Assembly (NCBI GenBank): GCA_951406725.2
Contig: OX597838.1
Coordinates: 36,580,001-36,644,000, forward strand
Direction: 5' to 3'
Length of the DNA: 64,000 bases
DNA from: Octopus vulgaris
Taxonomy: Eukaryota
The translations under genes and the position numbers were made by a program. Of the stretch, positions 53,126 to 64,000 are shown in pieces (the first letter of the stretch is position 1; each line of letters starts with the position of its first letter). The notes under the pieces were generated by a model, which saw nothing but the letters and a program-made list of their open reading frames with translations, had not been told where the DNA came from and made no database searches.

Positions 53126-53236
53126 TCATATACATATATATATATATGTATATAAAATTAATTAAGGGTAGAAATCAATATTTATCAATTAAAACCAGTG
53201 GTCTATCATATTAAAAAAATCCGAAGATTAAATATT

Positions 53237-53451
53237 TATATATACCAATTAAGGACTGAACACGAAAAAGTGGACAGTCAACATGCTAGATATAGACGTC
53301 AAATCGCCATTCTCCACAAAAGATTATGTTCTCAGATCAAACTGAGTTTGATCTGAGAACATAATCTTTTATGGAGAATGGCGATTTGACGTCTATATCT
53401 AGCATGTTGACTGTCCACTTTTTCGTGTTCAGTCCTTAATTGGTATATATA
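53237..53451. repeat. Near-perfect 215-bp palindrome (106-bp arms, 3-nt loop, 1 mismatch)
   Basis: Centre caaac-tga-gtttg at 53338-53350; single mismatch 53317/53371; the right end merges into (TA)n. Confidence 0.95.
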
Positions 53452-53896
53452 TATATATATATATATATTATAGGTATAAAGGTAGGTAGATAGATGTTAA
53501 ATGGAGGTTGTTATTTTAGAGCAAGATTAAGAATAACTGGTTGGATAAGACCTTAGGTAAAATTTGATGCCCCAGTCAGCATAAACTTTACCATATACAG
53601 TATGGCTGCCATAATACTTAATTTAAAAACTATGGCACAACTGGTCACACACATACATATATATATCTATATATTTAAAAAAAAGCCAGCTGGCTTGAAA
53701 TAATGCCTCAAAATGGGACAGTCGGACAAGTTGTTTTGAGAAAATTTGGTTTAAATGTTTGACAACTTAGCACCGTCCATTGGACGGGGGCGTTTTGCTC
53801 GTATTATTATATGATCAAACACCATGCATCCATTTCCAAGTAAATTCCATCCATCCATCCATCTATACATCCATCCATACATACATACATATATAT

Positions 53897-53946
<50 letters not shown>

Positions 53947-54052
53947 GAAATGAGGTAATCAGAAGATCAGATGGTTTATATTTACAGATATTTATTTATA
54001 TATTACATTTTTTACATATATATCATATCACTTAGATCATATATATATATAA

Positions 54053-54099
<47 letters not shown>

Positions 54100-54703
54100 T
54101 ATAAAGTATTAAGGTGGGTATCCACAATTTAAAACCAAAAGACACAAATACAAACATCACCTCCAGCATTGCAAGAAACAAGAGCCAAAACGACCCTCAG
54201 CCACGAGCAAGCACCTATCTATTGACTACATACGCACACATACGTAAGAAGACAAATGAACAAACAGTTGTCGAATGAATTCCCTAAGATAATGGCTTAT
54301 TCCTTGATCTTCTCTTTTTTTTCCTTGTTACTGCTCTGTACTCGGCTAATGTTTCATTCAGAAGCGGTTCCTGTATTGAGTCCTACACCAGCTTATTAAT
54401 CTTGCTATGCCTAAGCGAAATAATTATATATGTTTGTAGGCTCTCGTATGACTTTTAGCTTCTTTTGAAACATGTTTGCACATGAATCTTTGTGCCCTTG
54501 TGGCAAATAACAGAATCATGATCATCATCACCATTGTCATTATTATTGTTGTTATAATTATTATTATTATTATTATTATTATTGTTATTATTATTATTAT
54601 TATTATTAATATAATTGATAATGGAAATAAGTAGATAATGTTGACAACAATAGTTCTGTATTTGATGTCTCACTCTGTGTTTATATATGTATATATATAC
54701 ACA

Positions 54704-54752
<49 letters not shown>

Positions 54753-54819
54753 CTATAGCCATATATATATTTATGGACATATATGTCTATCTATCCATAT
54801 ATATTCATATATATTATAT

Positions 54820-54879
<60 letters not shown>

Positions 54880-55348
54880 GTGTGTGTGTGTATATATATG
54901 TATGTATATATTGCTTCCAGCAGCTACTTTTATTAGCATCACCATTTTCAATTCAGTTTTTATAGATATAAGAGATCTAGAAGACAACTCTGTTAGTTAT
55001 AGTTGTTGTTGCTGTTGTTGTTGTTGTTGTTTGTTGTTGTTGTCGTATTCTCTGCTTGTTTGTTTGTTCGTTTATTTATCTGATTACCTTTAATAAATGT
55101 TCTACCTATGATAATTATATCCAGAGGAACCTCGTGTGTTTGTTTGTGTGAGTGCTTGTGTATGTATGTATAGTTATGTGCGTGTGTAAGTGTGTATATA
55201 CATACACGCATACATATATCTATATATCATAAGGAGGTATTTGTACACACAAACATGTTTGTGTGTGTGAATAAAGATTAGATATATGCATACATATATA
55301 CACACTCATATATATATACTCACAAATATCTATATTCATATATGTATA

Positions 55349-55391
<43 letters not shown>

Positions 55392-55676
55392 TGGCACACG
55401 CATACCTATGTATATATAAACATACACAGGAATGCATACATATATATATCTTTATATATATATATATATATATAAAATACATCCACACACTCACATCTAC
55501 CTATATACATAAATACGTACTCATGTCTATATATATCCACATACATACATGTATACATACATGTATGTATACACCCATTTACCCACTCGCATACACATAT
55601 GCACACACATACATGCATTGATACATACATACTTACATATACTCGTTTAACTACACACATACACACATATACATGC

Positions 55677-55726
<50 letters not shown>

Positions 55727-55901
55727 ATGTCTGTCTGTCTGTTTGTCTATCTATCTATCTATCTATCTACCTATCTATCTATCTATCTATCTATATCTAT
55801 CTATCTATCTATATATATATATATCTATCTATCTATCTATCTATCTTTTCTATCTATCCATCTATCTATCCATCTATATATCTATCTATCTATCTATTTA
55901 T

Positions 55902-55945
<44 letters not shown>

Positions 55946-56211
55946 ACCTATCTATCTATCTATATATATATATATCTGTCTCTATCTATCTATCTATCTA
56001 TGTATCTATCTATATCTATCTATCTATCTATATATATATATATATATGATCACACACACACATTTATATATATATATATATACACACCCGCATACAGCCA
56101 TCTAGTCGAACATAGTTACATAGAAGATATCTGATCAGGCTAAGTGGTTTTAATCAATACTCCTTAGTTGTGAAAACACTGTCAGGTTTTTTCTCTATAG
56201 ACTCATATTAA

Positions 56212-56250
<39 letters not shown>

Positions 56251-56439
56251 ACCCTCTCCTCACACCACCCCTCCGGCTATAGAATATGACTGGGGTATGT
56301 TAGAGGGGTGGAAATGACTTAGTGGTGGATCTGTGTATGGTTATAACATAGTGGTTGTTGTAGTAGTAGTAGTAGTGGTTATGGTAGTGGTGATTGTCTG
56401 ATGTTTTGGTAGTCTTTATTATCTAATGATTGTAAAGGT

Positions 56440-57020
56440 AGTGGTGGTGGTGGTGGTGGTGGTCTGTATTGGTTGTAGTGTTAAAGTAGTAGATGATGAT
56501 GATGATGTTGGTGGTGGTGGCAGCTGTGGTGGTAGTGTAGAAATAGTTGATGGTGATGATCGTGGTGGTGGTGGCTGTAGTGGTAGTGGTGATGGTGGTG
56601 GGGAGGATAGTGGTGGTGGCAGCAGTGTAGAAATAGTTGATGGTGATGATCGTAGTGGTGGTGGTGGCTGTAGTGGTAGTGGTGGTGGCTGTAGTGGTGG
56701 TGGTGGTGGCTGTTATGGTAGTGTTGGTGGTGATAGTGTAGAAATAGTTGATGGTGGTGGTGGTGGTGTTGGCAGTAGTGGCGGTGGTGGCTGTAGTGGT
56801 AGTGGTGGTGTTGGCAGTAGCGGTGGTGGTGGTGGTGGTGGTAGTAGTAGTGGTGGTGGTGGTGGTGAAGGTAGTATAGAAATAGTTGATAATGATGATG
56901 ATGGTGGCGGTGGTTTGATGAGTGTCAGGACTGAAAAGTTGGTGTCCTCGGTGGTGGTAATGGTTGGATTGTAGAAGTAGTTAATGATGATGATGATGGT
57001 GGTGGTGGTGGTGACATTGG
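56440..57020. repeat. (GGT)n-derived low-complexity region with recurring tagaaatagttgat motif
   Basis: Motif at ~56538, 56628, 56739 and 56877. Confidence 0.8.
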
Positions 57021-58019
57021 TATAGTTGATGATGATGGTGGTATTGGCAGTGCTTGCTGTAGTGACAGTTTGCTATGTTGATGATGATGATGTCACAGTA
57101 ATATGATGGAAGTTGTCATGGTGATGATGGTGGTGGTAGTGGTATGGATGGTGTAGAACTATTTGATGGTGATGGTGGGTGGTGACAGTGATAGTGGCTG
57201 AGATAGTTTGGTATTGTGTCGGATGTTGATGGCTTGATGATGGTATCTGGTGGTATAGCAATGTTGATGGTGGTGGTGGTGATGTAGTTGTGATGATGGT
57301 TGTTATGATGATGATGATGATGATGATTAGATAATGGTATCTGGTGGTATGCTAATGTCTTTTTTGTATGTTTATTGAGATGATATCACAATGGCTTGAT
57401 GACAACGGTGAGGACGGTAGTGTTTGTAGTGGTGATGGTGATGGTGGTGGTTGTGGTAGTGGTGATGGTGGTGATGCTGATGGTGTCCTCCTCACTGGCA
57501 CCTGTGTTGTGGTGGTGGTGGGGGTAGTGGTGATGGTGGTAGTCATTGTAGTGAGAGTGGTCATGGTGGTGTTAATGAATGTGGTGGAGACTGTCGTGGT
57601 GGCATTTGTGGTGGTGGTGGTGGATGTGATGTTGTTGTGGTGGTGGTGGTAGTAGTAGTAGCAATGGTAATAGTTCGGTGTTGTGGTGGTAGTAGTAGTA
57701 GTAGCAGTAGCAGTGGTGATAGTTCAGTGTGGGAGAAGTGGTAGGTATTAATGACAATGGTTGACGATGGTATGGCAATGTTTTTATTTTTTTTATTTTG
57801 CTTTCTTACTGAGATGATGTCATAATGGCTTTATACTTCCGGTGATGAGGATGGTGATGGTGTTGGTAGTGACCGTTGTCCAGAAGATGTGTTGATATCT
57901 TGGTGATCGGTGATGAAAAGGTTTTCCTGGTGATGATGGTTGCTCTGTAGAAACTCCCTTGTTAGTTCACGTCTTTGGCACACCAACATTCTTTGCCAGT
58001 ATGCCAAAAAACCATTCTT

Positions 58020-58415
58020 TTTTTTTTCTTTTACTTGTTTCAGTCATTTGACTGCGGCCATGCTGGAGCACCACCTTTAGTCGAGCAAATCGACCCCGGG
58101 ACTTATTCTTTGTAAGCCCAGTACTTATTCTTTCGGTCTCTTTTGCCGAACCGCTAAGTGACGGGGACTTAAACAAACCAGCATCGGTTGTCAAGCAATG
58201 CTAGGGGGACAAACACAGACATACACACACATATATATATATACATATATACGACAGGCTTCTTTCAGTTTCCGTCTACCAAATCCACTCACAAGGCATT
58301 GGTTGGCCCGGGGCTATAGCAGAAGACACTTGCCCAAGATGCCATGCAGTGGGACTGAACCAGGGAACCATGTTGTTGGTTAGCAAGCTACTTACCACAC
58401 AGCCACTCCTACGCC
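58020..58415 (-). mobile_element. SINE family A, full length
   Basis: Reverse complement of the family A consensus. Confidence 0.9.
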
Positions 58416-58429
58416 ATTGTAAACCTTTA

Positions 58430-59370
58430 AACCTTTTTAGCATTCAGATTTCTCTGTCAAATGTAATGCTCGTTTATTCACATTGTTTTGAATTAATCAT
58501 GCATTATCTCATGGCTTTGAGATTTCAGTGTGCTTGTTTACTTTTAGAATGACATTGTAGGGCAAGTACGAGAAGTGAGATCTGGTCAGTTTGTACATAA
58601 AACAGGTAGAATATTTGGGTCAGGCATGGTTAGATTAACTTTAGATTACTCCGTCAAATGCAATGCTTATTTATTCCTTGTTTTGAATTAATCATGCGTT
58701 ATCTCATAGCTCTGAGATTTTGATGATGTGACTGTCGTATATATATATATACATATATATATGAGTGTGTATTTGTGAGTCTGTGTTTGTCCCCCCCCCA
58801 CCATCGCTTGACAACCAATGCTGGTGTGTTTGTGTCCCCGTAACTTAGCCATTTGGCAAAAGAGACCGATAGAATAAGTAGTACTAGGTTTGCAAAGAAG
58901 AAGTCCTGGGGTCGATTTGCTCGACTAAAAGGCGATGCTCCAGCATGGCCGCAGTCAAATGACTGAAACAAGTAAAAGAGTAAAAAAGAGAGTTATTTAT
59001 TTACATTGTTCTGAATTAATCTTCAAGCTTTGAAATTTCAACGATGTGATTGTTTAGTTTTAGAATGACCTTATAAGGTAAGATATAAGAGATCAGATTT
59101 GACCGGTTTGAACATAAAACAAGTGGAATAGCTTGGTCAGATATGGCCGGTTTGACCCTTTGGCATTCCGATTACTCTGTCAAATGCAAACGCTTATTTA
59201 CCCATTTTGTTTTGTATTAATCCTACATTATCTCATAGCTTTGAGATTTTGCCTATATGATAGTTTAATTTCAGAATGAAATTGTAGGGTAGGTATGAGA
59301 GGCTGCATCTTGCCAAATCTAGCCAGGTAAAATATTTGGGCTGGATTTTGTCACTTTAAATGCTAAGAGG
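58430..59370. mobile_element. Tandem array of 3-4 diverged units of the TTAA MITE, with a SINE A 3' half at 58733-58990
   Basis: Units homologous to 10340-10560; outer ends ttaa|acctttttagcatt ... aatgctaagagg|ttaa. Confidence 0.7.
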
Positions 59371-59742
59371 TTAAAACTTGGCTCCTGATGCATTCATCAA
59401 ATTTAACAGGTCTGTTATAAGACCAGATGAAACAGATATTTGTAAGGAGCAAAATGTAAACTCTTTGGAAAATATTGTAAATGATAAAAAAAAAACACTT
59501 CAAATGATTAAGAGAAGTTAGCAGTGAAATTTACCATATATGAATATATGTGTAAGCATGTGTGTTTATATGATTATATATTTATATGATTATATATTTA
59601 TATGATTATATATATTTATATATATCACCGTGACTGATTAGGCTATCAGATGTTGCTAAACATCACTAGTCACAATGCACTTCACATTGTTTTAGCCTTC
59701 AAATGACGGCACCCCCTAACCACTGGGCCATTGCGCCTCCAC

Positions 59743-59788
<46 letters not shown>

Positions 59789-59871
59789 TTAAAATTAGGA
59801 TAAAATCTTAATAAGAAATTATCAGGTAGTTAGCATGAAAAACCTCATAAGAGAAAAATATATATATATAT

Positions 59872-59963
59872 ACCCATGCTAGCATGGAAAGCGGACATTA
59901 AATGAGGATGATGATGATGATCATCATCATCGTTTAACGTCCATTTTCCATGCTAGCATGGGT
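59872..59963. repeat. Tail-to-tail inverted pair of family D 3' ends
   Basis: acccatgctagcatggaaagcggacattaaa(gat)n | (atc)n gtttaacgtccattttccatgctagcatgggt. Confidence 0.85.
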
Positions 59964-60114
59964 TGTTCAATTTCTAGACTGGGTGGTGCTTTGTGATGTT
60001 GAGCAAAACACTTAATCTCACATTGCTCTGCTATCATTTCAACACCTGGTGCGTAGTAGACCGTGCACCTGTTCAGGCAACATCAATTTGGTGGTGAGAG
60101 TGAGCTAATGTAGG

Positions 60115-60423
60115 GCACGTGAAGAAACAACATTCTAGTGTGGTCATTGCCAGTGCCACTGGACTGGCTCCCATGCAGGTAGCACGTAAAAAACACCTTT
60201 TGAGTGTGGTCGTTGCCACAACTACCTGACTGGCCCTCATGCCGGTGGCATGTAAAAGCACCCACTACACTCTCGGAGTGGCTGGCGTTAGGAAGGGCAC
60301 CCAGCTGTAGAACCTTTGCCAGATCTTTTTGGAACCTGGTGCAGCCTTCTGGCTTGCCAGTCCTCAGTTAAACCGTCCAACCCATGCCATCATGGAAAGC
60401 AGATGTTAAACGACAACGATGAT
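60115..60423 (+). mobile_element. Repeat family D with three ~65-bp internal subrepeats
   Basis: gca(c/t)gt(a/g)aa...agtgtggtc.ttgcca...gactggc.c.catgc.ggt repeated, followed by the family D body and tail. Confidence 0.7.
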
Positions 60424-60444
60424 ACAAATCATTTGTGCAGGTCA

Positions 60445-60600
60445 TTCAGCAAAAACCTTCTGAGTTCTTTTGCAAGGTTTAGAAAAACTGAAGGACCACT
60501 GCTATAAGTGTGTGAATCTGGGAGGGGAATATGTTAAAGGAAGTCATAGCTAACTCATCTGCCTGTGTTTTCTTTTACCCAAAACCAGGAACTTTCCAGT
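60445..60600 (+). mobile_element. Mariner-derived MITE remnant (3' part)
   Basis: QGLEKLKDHCYKCVNLGGEYV resembles the mariner transposase C-terminus; right TIR aaaaccaggaacttt. Confidence 0.7.
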
Positions 60601-61339
60601 ATACATACATACACACACACACTAATGTATTTATATGTATGTGTCTGCGTATTTAGATGTGATTGCAAGACTGTTTGATAAAGTACTCCTTGTGACCGAT
60701 TAGATGCCCATATTAGTAAAACAGTTACTACAAACCCGTCACATTTTCAGGATATTATTACAACCCCATTACATCTTTTAGGGACATCTCCACAACATCT
60801 TTACATCAATCACCTTATCTTTCTTTCTTCTTTTTCCAAACATTGTGTTATGCTGCCAATTGAGTCTATATTTCTCGCCATTTAACACCTGTTTGCTTTG
60901 CTGCGTTTTGTGTTTTTCACTTCGACAGAAAGAATCTTTTCTGTTTGTCATGTCAAGAACCATTTAGTGATTGCCTTAATTCATTAAGTGCCGAAACGTC
61001 TGAAATTCTGACATAAATTGTTGCCATTAAAAATAAAATTTTCTGATTATTAACCTCATCTTTGGAGATGAAAGATTTCCTATTTGTTTTGTTTTTTTTA
61101 GGTTTTTGTTTTGTTTTGCATCAGTATTTATATCTACTCTAAGTCATCATCATTATCATCGTCATCATCATCATCATCAGGGGTTTTATTTTATTCTTGG
61201 ATAATGTTAATATTGAACCAATTTGGATTCAAGCTACTAAGAACCTTCACCAAACTAGTGAAGAAGCTTTACATTATTCTTGATAAACTTGCTTCAATGT
61301 GGAATTCCTTATCATGGAAATCAATGAGAAAATAGTCCA

Positions 61340-61761
61340 CGCAGGAATGGCTGTGTGGTAAGTAGCTTGCTAACCAACAACATGGTTCCGGGTTCAGTCC
61401 CACTGCGTGGCATCTTGGGCAAGTGTCTTCTGCTCTAGCCCCGGGCTGACCAATGCCTTGTGAGTGGATTTAGTAGACAGAAACTGAAAGAAGCCTGTCG
61501 TATATATGTATATATATATATATATAAGTGTGTGTGTGTATATGTTTGTGTGTCTGTGTTTGTCCCCCTAGCATTGCTTGACAATCGATGCTGGTGTGTT
61601 TACATCCCCGTCACTTAGCGGTTCGGCAAAAGAGGCCGATAGAATAAGTACTGGACTTACAAAGAATAAGTCCCGGGGTTGATTTGCTCGACTAAAGGCG
61701 GTGCTCCATCATGGCTGCAGTCAAATGACTGAAACAAGTAAAAGAGTAAAAGAGTAAAGAG
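61340..61761 (+). mobile_element. SINE family A, full length
   Basis: Matches the family A consensus. Confidence 0.9.
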
Positions 61762-62320
61762 TATCATTGAATTCCAAATTAAGGGAAGGTTTATGTAGCA
61801 CAATCCTTTGATAATAGCATGGCAGGGATGACTATGTGCATGTGTGTGTGTGTTTGTGTATTTGTTAATATTTGGCAGAAGCAACAGAGTGTCTCAAGAT
61901 CCAAGAGTTTCATGCATTGCCACTTGCTCTGACTTAGAGCTACTTCTGCTAAATATCAATAAAAATATACATATACTCATATTTTGAGTTCTATGTTTCC
62001 TTTTTGTACCAACATATATATCGATTATTGTGTCTGGGGAGTGCGTTATTATTTTACACACACACTGGTTCCATTTCCACTCATTTCTTTTTTTATTTTT
62101 TCTTACACTTTCGTTGCATCTTGTAACCTTTTCAATAGTCGTTGCAACAAGTATTGAAAAGATTGCAAGAAGCAAAGAAAATTTTAGAAAACTAAATAAG
62201 GAAATGAGTGGAAATTGAAACAGTGTGTGCGTTAAAAGAGAATGTGTGGGCACTAAAAGAGAATGACTCTCCCCAGACACAATAAAATATGCTTCAATAC
62301 AGGAATTCACATAAAGAATC

Positions 62321-62521
62321 TTGAAAGTGTGTATCGTTGGCGATTATTTTCCTCCGTCTTCCCTTCCTTGAATCTTTCCGTTTCTTATGTTTCTGACGAA
62401 GAGCTCCGCTCGAAACATTAAATCCTCCTTCTTTCTTTCCTTTCTTGAGTGTCCAATAACACTATACTTGTTCCACGTCCTCACGTTGTTGTGTTTTCTC
62501 TTTGTGTTTCCATGTTTGGAT

Positions 62522-62525
<4 letters not shown>
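62321..62525 (+). mobile_element. Penelope-like hammerhead module family 1
   Basis: gttt-CTGACGA-a-gagc/tcc/gctc-GAAA-c-aTT-aaat at 62389-62423; ends gtttggattaac before (TA)n. Confidence 0.7.
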
Positions 62526-62567
<42 letters not shown>

Positions 62568-62576
62568 TACACATAT

Positions 62577-62748
62577 ACATGAGGGGGGGGGGCGAAAGTT
62601 CCTGGCTTTAAGAATATCATGAAAAGCCTTCTGAGTTCCTTTACAAGGCTTAGTAAAACTGAAGGACCACTGCAATAAGTGTGTGAATCTGAGAGGGGAA
62701 TATATTGAATAAAACCATAATCAACTGATCCACCTGCATTTGCTTTTA
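62577..62748 (+). mobile_element. Mariner-derived MITE remnant
   Basis: Left TIR tacatgagggggggggcgaaagttcctggcttt directly joined to QGLVKLKDHCNKCVNLRGEYIE*; homologous to 60445-60600. Confidence 0.7.
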
Positions 62749-62942
62749 CAGGAAGCATAAAGCCTCAAATTTAGGGGAAGGAATTAAGTCAGTTTCATTG
62801 ATTCTAGTGCGTAACTGGTACTAATTTTATTGACCCAGAAAGGATGAAATGCAAAGTCGACCGTGGCAGAATTTGAACTCAGAATATAATGGCAGATAAA
62901 ACACTGCTAATCATTTTGCCTGGCATGCTAACGATACTGCCA
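62749..62942 (-). mobile_element. SINE family B (tail type 2), diverged
   Basis: gaaaggatgaaatgcaaagtcgaccgtggcagaatttgaactcag core. Confidence 0.75.
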
Positions 62943-63324
62943 AAGCTCTGTCATAATAACGATAATTATAATGATCTCCCAGTAGTATAATGTAAAGTGA
63001 AGATTGATGGTTAATTTTAGATTATGTGATTGTCCGATTATTTCCACGAGCACCCCAACCATCATCATCACCATCGTCAACTGTGGCAACACCATTCTGG
63101 TTATGTTTATGTTCATCGTCACCTACATGGTCATCATCAGTGGTTGTTCTACCAAAGAGTTGTATCACACACCATTGTCATCATCATTTTTGTCATCATC
63201 ATCATCATCGTCATCATCCCCATCATTGTCATCATCATCATCTTCATCATCATTGCCATCGTCCTCATCATTGTCATCATCATTGTCATCATCATCATCA
63301 TCATCATTGTCATCATCATTGTTG

Positions 63325-63360
<36 letters not shown>

Positions 63361-64000
63361 CCATAAATGTCATGGATCTCATCATCATCGTCATCATTCT
63401 GTTTAGCATCACTAAATTTCGTAGTCATGTGGATTTGAGCTACATCTTGAGTGAATTTGTTTCACAGAAACTGTAGGGAATCCTTATATATATGTGTGTA
63501 TGTATGTATGTATGTATGTATGTATGTGTATACACACACAAATTCTTTTATTCTTTTACTTGTTTCAGTCACTTGTCTGTGGCCATGCTGGAGCACTGCC
63601 TTTAGTCGAGCAAATCGACTCCAGGACTTATTCTCACCGCTATCCCCACAAACGTGCCACCACCACCACCATTGTTGTCAGTCTTATTGTTATGGCCGAT
63701 GCCGTCATCAGCACTGTCACCACCACCACCACCACCAACATTGCTGCCACCATCATCATCATCATCTCAACACCACTATCACACCCACCAAAACTACCAC
63801 TAGTGCCACCACTACCAATACCACCACACCACCATCGTCACTGTGATCTCCATCATCATCAACATAACCACCATCATCAGCATCACCACAACCAACATCA
63901 TCTCCACCATAGTCATTGCAATCACCAATATCATCATCATCACCATCACCAACATCATCATTATCATCATCATTATCATCATCATCATCACTACAACCAC

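Noticed and set aside
53680-53816. Possible Helitron-like 5' fragment on the minus strand with a ccgtcc/ggacgg hairpin
   Set aside because: There is no matching 3' terminus or second copy in the window, so it is too weak to call.
56426-56974. Glycine-rich 182-aa protein
   Set aside because: It derives from (GGT)n low-complexity DNA that continues, with stops, well beyond the ORF.
61894-62310. Signal-peptide-like minus-strand ORF or exon (FLKFSLLLAIFSILVATT)
   Set aside because: The hydrophobicity is explained by T-rich composition, the next candidate acceptor gives an immediate stop, and no homology is recognised.

Overview
AT-rich eukaryotic DNA dominated by microsatellites ((TA)n, (CA)n, (TAT)n, (GAT)n, (TCTA)n) and interspersed repeats. 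The repeat landscape suggests a cephalopod, probably Octopus (inference). No host protein-coding gene can be supported: nearly all ORF-track entries are translated microsatellites or SINEs. Supported content: (1) a TSD-flanked, full-length but doubly deleted RTE-type LINE (38265-41151, minus) nested in a non-autonomous Helitron (38043-41737); (2) fragments of RTE, CR1, L1/Tx1, R4/Dong-like and mariner elements, a Helentron-type HINE and a TTAA MITE that also forms a tandem array; (3) many copies of three tRNA-type SINE families plus an RTE-tailed repeat. The most interesting signal is a set of short, mostly (TA)n-associated modules carrying minimal type-I hammerhead ribozyme motifs typical of Penelope-like elements. 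One is canonical (32649-32721, minus), and several sit in long inverted repeats. All calls are by eye and boundaries are approximate unless TSDs or termini are quoted.
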